DNA of 64,000 nt, taken from assembly GCA_038142005.1 (NCBI GenBank), contig JAYQJE010000006.1, forward strand, positions 50,945 to 114,944, written 5' to 3'. Positions 42,841 to 51,258 of the stretch are shown here, piece after piece. Source of the DNA: Salibacteraceae bacterium (lineage in GTDB: Bacteria > Bacteroidota > Bacteroidia > Flavobacteriales_G > Salibacteraceae). Below the pieces are notes generated by a model that was not told where the DNA came from, did no database searches, and saw only the letters and a program-made list of their open reading frames with translations. Position 1 is the stretch's first letter; each line of letters starts with the position of its first letter. The translations under genes were made by a program, and so were the position numbers.

Positions 42841-43273
42841 AATCGAGATTTTCGAGCTTTGTCAGAATGGAATCAAGTGTGGTTAGTCGCTCTGACCCGA
42901 TAGCCGCACTCACGTGATCATGCAGTACCGCCCATTTTGGCGCAATCTCATTGAGCAATTCGAGTCCGTTTTCAGTAATTTTAAGTTGAATATTGCGAGC
43001 ATCCTCTCCCCTCTTTCGATTAATAAATCCAAGCGCCTCTAGCTTTTTTAGATCTCGGCTCATGGTGGATTCATCGAGTACCAGTTGCTTGGCAATACGC
43101 TTCTGATTGGTGTTTTGCTTGCCAATCATAAAGAGTATACTCAACATACTGCCCTTAAGTCCATAAGGCTTTATTAAGGATTGATATGGCTCATTTAGCA
43201 AACGATGTAACCGCCTAATCTTGGCATTTACGCAATGTTTAGGTTGAATCTCTTTAAAGGTAATTTGGCCCAT
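42833..43273 (-). CDS. MarR-family transcriptional regulator
   Basis: 146 aa. Winged-helix pattern …GSMLSILFMIGKQNTNQKRIAKQLVLDESTMSRDLKKLEALGFINR…. Confidence 0.85.
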   Translation of the reverse strand: MGQITFKEIQPKHCVNAKIRRLHRLLNEPYQSLIKPYGLKGSMLSILFMIGKQNTNQKRIAKQLVLDESTMSRDLKKLEALGFINRKRGEDARNIQLKITENGLELLNEIAPKWAVLHDHVSAAIGSERLTTLDSILTKLENLDYD

Positions 43274-43355
43274 AGCACGAAAGTAAAAAATACTTGTATA
43301 TACAAGTAATATCTTTCATCTTAGTCTATCGATCTCTATCCTATCTTTCGCGTTT

Positions 43356-43811
43356 ATGGCATTTAATATTGTTTTAGTAGAACCGGAAATACCTAACAAT
43401 ACCGGCAACATTGGGCGACTCAGTTTGGCATCTGGATCCAAACTCCATTTGGTAAAACCTTTTGGTTTTGAACTTTCTGATCATCGCTTAAAACGCGCAG
43501 GGCTGGATTATTGGCCTCACGTAGATCTTAAAATTTATGATTCCATAGCACAGTTTTTCTATCTGCATGCAGGTAAGAAAATGGCGTTTATGTCGAGTCA
43601 TGGCAATCAATCGTATTTAGATATTGACTATGAAGATGGAATGTTCTTGGTTTTTGGGAAAGAATCGGTTGGTCTAGAGCAATCAATCCTCGAGGTTCAT
43701 TCGGCATCAACCTTTAAAATTCCGATTCATAGTCCCCACATCCGTAGTTTGAATTTGGCAAATGCGGTGAGCATCACGGTTTATGAGGGTTTAAGACGTT
43801 TATCTCCTTAG
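43356..43811 (+). CDS. trmL: tRNA (cytidine/uridine-2'-O-)-methyltransferase TrmL (SpoU family)
   Basis: MAFNIVLVEPEIPNNTGNIGR…LKRAGLDYW…FGKESVGL…NLANAV. Confidence 0.92.
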   Translation: MAFNIVLVEPEIPNNTGNIGRLSLASGSKLHLVKPFGFELSDHRLKRAGLDYWPHVDLKIYDSIAQFFYLHAGKKMAFMSSHGNQSYLDIDYEDGMFLVFGKESVGLEQSILEVHSASTFKIPIHSPHIRSLNLANAVSITVYEGLRRLSP

Positions 43812-43812
43812 A

Positions 43813-44637
43813 ATGAACCATTTTACTTCGCAACGGTTTGCTCCAATTATGGCGTTGTTGTCTGGTTTGAAAAGCATCATCCTTTGCCTGCTAATGCTTG
43901 GCTCTCTAAATAGTATGGCTCAAAACACAACATCGAACGCAGACATAGTTGATCTGTCAGAACGCACCCTCTATGCAGTGAAGGCTGAGTCTGACTACGG
44001 AAAAATGCTTGACAGCTTGGCTGGTTTGCGTATTCGTGATTTAACAGTCCAGCTTAATGATCAGTCAAAGCGAATGGTTTTTTGGATTAATATCTATAAC
44101 GCATTCTATCAAATCCTACACCGAGATCAAGGCATTAAACCACCAAAAGTATTCAAGGTAAATTGGATCAACATTGCCGGCAAGCAGCTAAGCCTTGATG
44201 ATATTGAGCATGGATTTTTACGCAAACACCGATACAAGTATTCCCTGGGATATTTCCCACAGTTTTTCACTGCTCGTTGGAAGAAAGATCTTGAAGTTCA
44301 AACATTGGATTATCGGGTGAACTTCGCTTTGAATTGTGGAGCAAAAAGTTGTCCACCCATTGCCTTCTATACTCCCGCTGACTTAGATGATCAGCTAATC
44401 AGAGCTGCAGCAAGCTTTCTCGAAACAGAAACGGTGATTGATGAGAGCAGTAAAACCATCTCTGTAACACGCATCATGTTTTGGTTTTTAGGTGACTTTG
44501 GAGGCAAGGCTGGGATAAGACTTGTTTTAGAGAAGCACCTGCAAATTGATGCGAACGGCTATAAGATTCAGTTCAGAGACTATGATTGGTCTGAAGACTT
44601 GATGAATTTCTCTGACGAAACTCAAAGCTCATATTGA
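43813..44637 (+). CDS. DUF547 domain protein
   Basis: FWINIYNAF…, LSLDDIEHGFLR, and RVNFALNCGAKSCPPI are hallmark DUF547 motifs. Confidence 0.85.
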   Translation: MNHFTSQRFAPIMALLSGLKSIILCLLMLGSLNSMAQNTTSNADIVDLSERTLYAVKAESDYGKMLDSLAGLRIRDLTVQLNDQSKRMVFWINIYNAFYQILHRDQGIKPPKVFKVNWINIAGKQLSLDDIEHGFLRKHRYKYSLGYFPQFFTARWKKDLEVQTLDYRVNFALNCGAKSCPPIAFYTPADLDDQLIRAAASFLETETVIDESSKTISVTRIMFWFLGDFGGKAGIRLVLEKHLQIDANGYKIQFRDYDWSEDLMNFSDETQSSY

Positions 44638-45344
44638 AGCAACTCATGATAGTAGGGCATACACTTCTCATTAAGCTCGGATTGACTTGGTGGTAATGAT
44701 GTATACAATGAAGATTTCGGCTTAAACCCAGACGAGTTGTGTACGTTTTTATACCAATACCTAGCCCAAACTCCATCTTCAGGTCGAGCACCAGGCGTCC
44801 ACTGAAGCATAGATTCATCAAAGCCTATCCCGAGTCTTTCACAAAGCTTAATCAGAGCCGCTGCGGGGTCATTTAATATGGTTTGAGAATTCACTACAAT
44901 TGGTTCCAACCTTAATCCTTTCAAATCTGTCACTAGCTGAGCGTGTTGTTTGTAGCCTAAATCATCCAGCTTTGGATTTGGAATTACTTTGGAAAATGAA
45001 TGAATCATGGCTGCAGGCTCCCGTGTAAGGATCACGTTTAATGTCTGTCGCAGAAAGCTGCGGTCTAGATTCAATAAATGGTGGGTCATATGTTTGAAAA
45101 AACCTATGGGTCTTTCGTTAAACTCCATCATATCTCGAATAACTTCTTCCCCATTCTGATTTTGACTTTGCATCACTTCATCAGCCCCAGGATGATATTC
45201 TTTGGCCTTTGAATTTGCCAAGTAATAGGCATACAATGGCTCGTCAAAAACTTTGGTATCACAGCGTTGGGCAAAAGAATACATTAAAGCGGTGGAAATA
45301 TTTCTTGGCCCCGACCACAGACATATCTTTTTTGAGTCATACAT
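44622..45344 (-). CDS. Sulfotransferase-like P-loop protein of unknown function
   Basis: 240 aa. N-terminal LWSGPRNISTALMYSF resembles a PAPS-binding loop. Overlaps the upstream aminotransferase gene by 8 bp. Confidence 0.6.
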   Translation of the reverse strand: MYDSKKICLWSGPRNISTALMYSFAQRCDTKVFDEPLYAYYLANSKAKEYHPGADEVMQSQNQNGEEVIRDMMEFNERPIGFFKHMTHHLLNLDRSFLRQTLNVILTREPAAMIHSFSKVIPNPKLDDLGYKQHAQLVTDLKGLRLEPIVVNSQTILNDPAAALIKLCERLGIGFDESMLQWTPGARPEDGVWARYWYKNVHNSSGFKPKSSLYTSLPPSQSELNEKCMPYYHELLQYEL

Positions 45345-46263
45345 TTTTAGAACGGTCTATTTCCTGTGCAATCAATTCTGAGTAAAAGGTGGTGAGTTGA
45401 TTCGTAATGCCACCTGGGGCCTCGGCTCCAATCTTTCTTCCATCCACTTTTATCACGGGAGTCAATCCACCAAAGGTTCCTGTAACAAAAGCCTCATCAG
45501 CGCCATAGACATCATACAGAGAAAAATCCTTTTCAAAAACCCGAATTCCATGGTGTTTACATAAGGTGATCACGTTTTTTCGAGTGATTCCGTTCATGCA
45601 GTATTGTCCTGTCGAAGTCCACACCTCACCATTTTTAACCATAAAGAAATTAGTGGCATTACAGGTGGATACAAAACCATTAATATCAAGCATTAGGGCC
45701 TCGTCAGCGCCAGCTTCTATGGCTTGGATAAGCGCTTGTACTTCGTGCAGCTTGCTATGACAATTAAGCTTCGGATCAAGATAGTCTGGAGAACCCCGCC
45801 TAATGGCGCTTGTAAACAATGTAATGCCGCGATTTGCAGTATCTGGTGAAGCGAGTTTATACTCAGGGATAATAACCACATTGGGGCCACTAATTGTCAA
45901 TCTGGGATCTTGCGATGGAGTTTTTTTGATTCCGCGTGTAATCATGATTCTCACATGTACTCCATCGTGCATGTCATTTGCTTTCAGCACAGTCCACACT
46001 TTGTTTGTGAGCTCAGATTGAGACATTCCTAAATCCATCCCTATGGTAGCTGCAGCTTGCCAAAGTCGATTTAAATGTTGATCTAAAAAAACGAGCACCC
46101 CATCGTGAAGCCTCACTCCTTCCCACACACCGTCACCAACGAGGTATCCACTGTCGAAGACAGAAATTTTGGCTTCTTCCCTTTTGAAGAGCTCATCATT
46201 AATGGAAATAAGTATGGATTGATTTCGCTCATCTTCGAGCGCGTTGTGGGTACCATGGATCAT
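45337..46263 (-). CDS. Class IV (BCAT/D-amino-acid) PLP-dependent aminotransferase family protein
   Basis: 308 aa. …SVFDSGYLVGDGVWEG.R…, …EAGADEALMLD…, …ADEAFVTGTFGGLTPVIKVDGRKIG. Confidence 0.85.
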   Translation of the reverse strand: MIHGTHNALEDERNQSILISINDELFKREEAKISVFDSGYLVGDGVWEGVRLHDGVLVFLDQHLNRLWQAAATIGMDLGMSQSELTNKVWTVLKANDMHDGVHVRIMITRGIKKTPSQDPRLTISGPNVVIIPEYKLASPDTANRGITLFTSAIRRGSPDYLDPKLNCHSKLHEVQALIQAIEAGADEALMLDINGFVSTCNATNFFMVKNGEVWTSTGQYCMNGITRKNVITLCKHHGIRVFEKDFSLYDVYGADEAFVTGTFGGLTPVIKVDGRKIGAEAPGGITNQLTTFYSELIAQEIDRSKNV

Positions 46264-46338
46264 GGCCTAAAAATAAGTGCCCTTAGCTCATAAGATTCAC
46301 GCACCAGCTATTCTTCACTGGAATCTCCCATTGCGCAT

Positions 46339-46785
46339 CTAAGTCTCCTTATTCTGGACAACATTGTTGAAAACGATTGTGGTGTTTTCATTCAATTCTC
46401 CATTGGCTAGCAGCTGAGTAAACTTGTTCACATTAGCTTCCATAATCTCCTCGCCATGCCGGTACGCAACCTTCATTCTATTAAGCAGGTCCAGTTTATA
46501 ATGTTGGTCAATTTGCTGAACGACCTTCATCATTGAGTCAATGGAACAACCTGTAGCTAGTGCTCTGTGTTCATCAACTGCAATCACAATGAACCGATCA
46601 AACCGAATTTCGAAGCCAGCATACAAATCTGCTCCGTGCGCTGCCCATTTTACTAGGAAATCATCTAGAATCGAGGAGATTTCAAGTTGATCAACATCCG
46701 TGAGCACTTTTGACGACTGAAAGACCCACACACGCGTATGATCTTCGAAACTTGATATGTCGGGAGTTTTTTTAGTAAGCGCCAT
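46339..46785 (-). CDS. Small conserved protein of unknown function downstream of the Fe-S genes
   Basis: ORF 46339-46812, likely start MALTKK at 46785. From memory, homologues are often mislabelled ABC transporter ATPase, yet there is no Walker motif here. Confidence 0.6.
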   Translation of the reverse strand: MALTKKTPDISSFEDHTRVWVFQSSKVLTDVDQLEISSILDDFLVKWAAHGADLYAGFEIRFDRFIVIAVDEHRALATGCSIDSMMKVVQQIDQHYKLDLLNRMKVAYRHGEEIMEANVNKFTQLLANGELNENTTIVFNNVVQNKET

Positions 46786-46789
46786 GATC

Positions 46790-47582
46790 TTATAAATCTG
46801 CGGCCTCAGCAATTAGCTCAGCTAGATCCTTCACTTCAATGTCCGATTCTTTGTTAAAGTGCTTCACGCCATCGGTCATCATGGTGTTACAGAATGGGCA
46901 TCCTGCTGCAATTATGTCTGGCTTTACTTCAATGGCGTCCTCAGTTCGCTCAAAATTTACCTCCTTGTTACCTTTTTCTGCCTCTTTAAACATTTGCGCC
47001 CCTCCGGCCCCACAACACAGGCCACGCTCTTTGCAACGCTTCATCTCCGTGAGTTCAGCGTCCAGCTTAGCAAGAACTTCTCGAGGTGCTTCATATACAC
47101 CATTAGCTCTGCCTAAATAACAAGGATCGTGAAAGGTGATTTTCTTCCCCTTAAACTGACCACCTTCAACCGTTATTCGACCTTCTTCAAGCAGATTCTG
47201 AATGAACTGTGAGTGGTGTAACACCTCGTAATTTCCACCAAGCTCAGGATATTCATTCTTAAGAATATTGAAGCAGTGCGGACATGTAGTCACAATCCGC
47301 TTCACTTCGTATCCATTCAATACTTGAATATTGGTGAAAGCTTGCATCTGATACAAAAACTCATTTCCTGCTCGTTTTGCTGGATCACCTGTGCAACTCT
47401 CTTCTGCACCGAGCACCGCAAATTTCACGTTCGCTTTGTTCAGAATCTTGGCAAATGCTTTCGTGATCTTTTTTCGCTCTGTCATCAAAGCTCCCCATAC
47501 AACCAACCCAAAATAAAACCTCTGGCTGTTCACCCGCAGCCATCATTTGGGCCATTGTTTTTACGTAAAGAGATTCACTCAT
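46790..47582 (-). CDS. (Fe-S)-binding CCG-domain protein (HdrD/GlpC-like), one frameshift
   Basis: MSESLYVKTMAQMMAAGEQPEVLFWVGCMGSFDDRAKK continues after a slip in the T6 run (47469-47474) into ITKAFAKIL…. Cys motifs TTCPHCFN, CCGAGG and GCPFCNTMM. Confidence 0.85.
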
Positions 47583-47592
47583 AATCTTGTTC

Positions 47593-48942
47593 TTATTCTT
47601 CTATCCAATTTGCTCTGTCTGCTTGAGCAAACTGCCAAGGAGCGGCATTGTTCTCAACATTGGTAAACATGGAGTTCAATTCATTTGGTGCAGCAGATTC
47701 TTCCATTACCAAAAATCTCCTCAGATCTACAATAATTGAAAGTGGATTTATGTTTACCGGGCATGCCTGAACGCATGCATTACATGTGGTACAAGCCCAC
47801 AATTCTTCCTTGGATATGTAGTCTCCGAGCAAACTTTTTCCATCATCAGCATCAGCTCCATTCTTTCGCTTATTTACTCCAACCTCTTCCAATCGGTCTC
47901 GAGTGTCCATCATGATTTTTCTCGGAGACAAAAGCTTGCCCGTTTGGTTGGCTGGACACTCTGAAGTACACCGTCCACATTCCGTACATGAATAGGCATC
48001 CATCAAGTTTTTCCATGACAAATCTGTAACGTCCTTTGCCCCAAATCTTTGTGGAGGCTCAGCGTTTTCTGCTGGCGCAGCATAGGGGTCAGCGTTCGGA
48101 TTCATCATTAACTCCACCTCTTTTTTAACTGCTTCTAGATTGTTGAGTTCACCCATTTGCTTGAGCGGAGTATAATATGTATTTGGGAAGGCAATGAATA
48201 TGTGGAAGTGCTTTGAATACAGCACGTAAATGGAGAATGCAAATACACCAACAATATGAAACCACCATGCTACACGCTCTATATAAAACAGCGTGGTTAC
48301 ATCATTTGGCATAAGTCCAGTGAGATATGCACTTACCCAGAACCAATCTGCAAAAACAAAACCCGCATAATGATCTAAACCTGCCGTGACAAGAATATCT
48401 CTTGGCATGCGCATCAAGATACTATCGGAGGCATTCATGGTGAGAAAAGCAAGCATGAGTAAAATCTCTACCACCAAAATGATATTGGCATCAGACTTTG
48501 GCCATTTGGTCATTTCTGTGCCAGAAAACCGCTTGAGCTTTCCAACATTTCTTCTCACAAGAAAAACAACGCACGCGAGCAGTACCAGAAAAGCGAGAAC
48601 CTCAAAAAGACCAATAAAAACATAATAAAGGTCGGTGCCTAAAACTGATTGAAACGCTCGATGGGTACCAAAAATTCCATCTACAATAATTTCAAGCATT
48701 TCAATATTGATGATAACAAAACCAACATAAATAAAAATATGCATGATACCCGCGAGCGGACGCACTACCATTTTACCTTGGCCCAACGCAACTCTTGTCA
48801 TCACGGCCAGACGCTCGGCTACATTGCCACTTAAATCCAGCGGCTTACCGAGGTTGATATTGAATCGGATTTCGCGAATCCTTCGAATGAATACTACTGC
48901 TGTGGTGGCGAGCAATATCACAAAAACAATACTTGAAATCAT
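47593..48942 (-). CDS. Membrane-anchored 4Fe-4S dicluster protein
   Basis: 449 aa. About 5 N-terminal TM helices, then two ferredoxin motifs, CTECGRCTSECP and CTTCNACVQACP. Confidence 0.85.
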   Translation of the reverse strand: MISSIVFVILLATTAVVFIRRIREIRFNINLGKPLDLSGNVAERLAVMTRVALGQGKMVVRPLAGIMHIFIYVGFVIINIEMLEIIVDGIFGTHRAFQSVLGTDLYYVFIGLFEVLAFLVLLACVVFLVRRNVGKLKRFSGTEMTKWPKSDANIILVVEILLMLAFLTMNASDSILMRMPRDILVTAGLDHYAGFVFADWFWVSAYLTGLMPNDVTTLFYIERVAWWFHIVGVFAFSIYVLYSKHFHIFIAFPNTYYTPLKQMGELNNLEAVKKEVELMMNPNADPYAAPAENAEPPQRFGAKDVTDLSWKNLMDAYSCTECGRCTSECPANQTGKLLSPRKIMMDTRDRLEEVGVNKRKNGADADDGKSLLGDYISKEELWACTTCNACVQACPVNINPLSIIVDLRRFLVMEESAAPNELNSMFTNVENNAAPWQFAQADRANWIEE

Positions 48943-48949
48943 AAAACAT

Positions 48950-49960
48950 TTAGTTGTCGTCAGTATCCTTATACATTACGTGACCATCAGCATCACGCTG
49001 TTTCTCTGGCAGTGGATTTTTATTCTTCTTACCAAAAGGTGCAAGATAACGTTTTGGTTGCCTCCTTATGTCTTCGGCTAGCTTGTCAATTTCTAAGGCT
49101 GCTTGTTCAAGACTGCGATAAAGTTTATCGTCCTTCACTAACATACCTAGTGAGCCTTCGCCATTGTTGATACTCGTAATTAAGGAGTCAAATTGTGCCA
49201 GAGCACTCGCTGCGTTATCTACGGCACTCGCATAGTTAGCACGCGTAAGCGAATCACTGATGGTAGCCACGTTGGCGAGAATGTCATTGATGTTTTCACT
49301 ATTGGCTTTCAGATTGGCTGTTATCGCATTTACATTATCCAAAACAGCGGATAACTTAGCGTTTTGGGTCACCACTAATTCATCTACATCCTGTGATGTC
49401 TTCTTAATTGTGCCAATGGCGTCATCGGCAGTGTGCACCGCTTCATTAATTGTACCCACAGTAATTTGAATGTGCGTCACCAAGTCTTGCGTTTCTACAA
49501 CAAGTCGTTCAATCTTAGCTTGAATCGGTGCTAACTTTTCTTCTACAACCTGCGAAATCTCCTTTTCCAATCCGGGAATAAGTGTGTCGCTCTGCACATC
49601 AAATTTTGGGCTGTCTGGGAATTCGAGGTTTATGGCCTTCGAACCTAAAAGGTCTTGGTTTGTGATAACGGCCATAGTACTATCAGGAATCATTAATCCC
49701 TCAAGTTGAATCTCCATTTTCACCAAAATCTTGTTGCCCTTTTCAGGCATAAGCTTCACTTCACTCACTCGACCAACCATAGCACCATTGAGCATGATCG
49801 GATTATCTCTAGTAAGACCATCAATACGGTCGTAAACGGAGTAATAGTAGTTCGTGTTAGAGAAAATATCACGGCCTTTCAAATAATTTAGACCGAAATA
49901 CAATAAGCCCAAAGCGATCAGGATGACCACTCCAATTTTTATTTCATTCTGAAACTTCAA
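48950..49960 (-). CDS. MlaD/MCE-family protein
   Basis: 336 aa. N-terminal TM segment then an MCE domain (…YSVYDRIDGLTRDNPIMLNGAMVGRVSEVKL…). Helical C-terminal region. Confidence 0.85.
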   Translation of the reverse strand: MKFQNEIKIGVVILIALGLLYFGLNYLKGRDIFSNTNYYYSVYDRIDGLTRDNPIMLNGAMVGRVSEVKLMPEKGNKILVKMEIQLEGLMIPDSTMAVITNQDLLGSKAINLEFPDSPKFDVQSDTLIPGLEKEISQVVEEKLAPIQAKIERLVVETQDLVTHIQITVGTINEAVHTADDAIGTIKKTSQDVDELVVTQNAKLSAVLDNVNAITANLKANSENINDILANVATISDSLTRANYASAVDNAASALAQFDSLITSINNGEGSLGMLVKDDKLYRSLEQAALEIDKLAEDIRRQPKRYLAPFGKKNKNPLPEKQRDADGHVMYKDTDDN

Positions 49961-49962
49961 GC

Positions 49963-51195
49963 TTATTTATTCTGCGAATTGGTTATTTCCAACGCACGCG
50001 AAATGGCAATTCTCTCACCTTTATAAAACGCAATTACAAAGGCTCCAGGCATAGCTTTTTCGCGCACCGTTCGTTGCAAATAAACGGCTTTTTTGTAATC
50101 GGTTACGTTACCAACGGTGTACTTATACACACCATCTTCTGTGCGCTCTTCAACATTTTCGAGGCCTTTAAAACTCTCTGGAACTAAATCAATTTTTGTT
50201 TTAGATGAAGCTACCTGCACCTTATACACAACCTGCTCTATTTCAGTTGGTTTTTGCACCTCATCTTTGATTGCCGACTTTTCACTTTCAGCTTCAACTT
50301 TAATTGGCTCCTTAGGAGACCCCTTGATTTCATCAACAATGGGCACAGATATTTCCACTCCTTCAATCTCAGCTTTATACTCTTTAAATGCCCGATAAAT
50401 TGCAGATGCCATGTACACCCTGCCATTTTCAGTATTCAGAAAATCTTCTTCCTCCTTATTCGTTAAAAAGCCCAACTCTGTTAATACACTGGGCATTGTG
50501 GTAAAACTTATCACCCAATAAGGAGCTTGCTTTACACCTCTATCTCTTCTACTTACCCGCTCTCTGTATTGATCCTGAATTTTTGCGCTTAAACTCACAC
50601 TTTGATCCATGTGCACGGATTGAGCTATGGACTGCACAATCATTGCCTCTGGATCGTTCGGATCTAAGCCTTCGTAGGTCTGCTCGTAATTCTCTTCCAA
50701 TAACACCACTGAGTTTTCTCGTGCCGCTAGTTCAAGATTGGCCTTGACCTTGGTCATGGACATGACGAATGTTTCCGTGCCATAAGCCGCGTGATTAGCA
50801 GCCGAGTTGCAATGGATGGACAAAAACACGTCAGCTTTGGCCTTATTCGCAATTTCTGTACGCCCTTTGAGCGTCACAAACTTGTCTGTTTTTCTCGTGT
50901 AAATAACATCCACATCAGGAAATGCACGTTGGATATATTCCCCAACCTGCAGAGCAACATCGAGTGCAATGTCTTTCTCGCTGCTTTTGTAGCGACCTGT
51001 ACCAAGATTACCAGGGTCATGGCCTCCGTGACCTGCGTCAATCACCACTTTTGTCACACCAAGGCCTGACTTCATATAGCCAGTATGGTTATTTACGAAT
51101 GAAGAAAACCAAAAGAAACAGATGATGGCAAGTGATGTTAACACTCCATATTTCAATTTCTTTAGACTTTCTAGATACTTTGCTGATTCTATCAT
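49963..51195 (-). CDS. N-acetylmuramoyl-L-alanine amidase with C-terminal SPOR domain
   Basis: VVIDAGHGGHDPG…FLSIHCNS…GTETF (Amidase_3). C-terminal YKVQVASS…AFVIAFYKGERI is SPOR-like. Confidence 0.9.
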   Translation of the reverse strand: MIESAKYLESLKKLKYGVLTSLAIICFFWFSSFVNNHTGYMKSGLGVTKVVIDAGHGGHDPGNLGTGRYKSSEKDIALDVALQVGEYIQRAFPDVDVIYTRKTDKFVTLKGRTEIANKAKADVFLSIHCNSAANHAAYGTETFVMSMTKVKANLELAARENSVVLLEENYEQTYEGLDPNDPEAMIVQSIAQSVHMDQSVSLSAKIQDQYRERVSRRDRGVKQAPYWVISFTTMPSVLTELGFLTNKEEEDFLNTENGRVYMASAIYRAFKEYKAEIEGVEISVPIVDEIKGSPKEPIKVEAESEKSAIKDEVQKPTEIEQVVYKVQVASSKTKIDLVPESFKGLENVEERTEDGVYKYTVGNVTDYKKAVYLQRTVREKAMPGAFVIAFYKGERIAISRALEITNSQNK

Positions 51196-51258
51196 TGTTA
51201 GCTTTGCGGAGTATTATCTCTCGAAAAAAAAAAGTAGAACCATCCCTAGCAAGCCATT

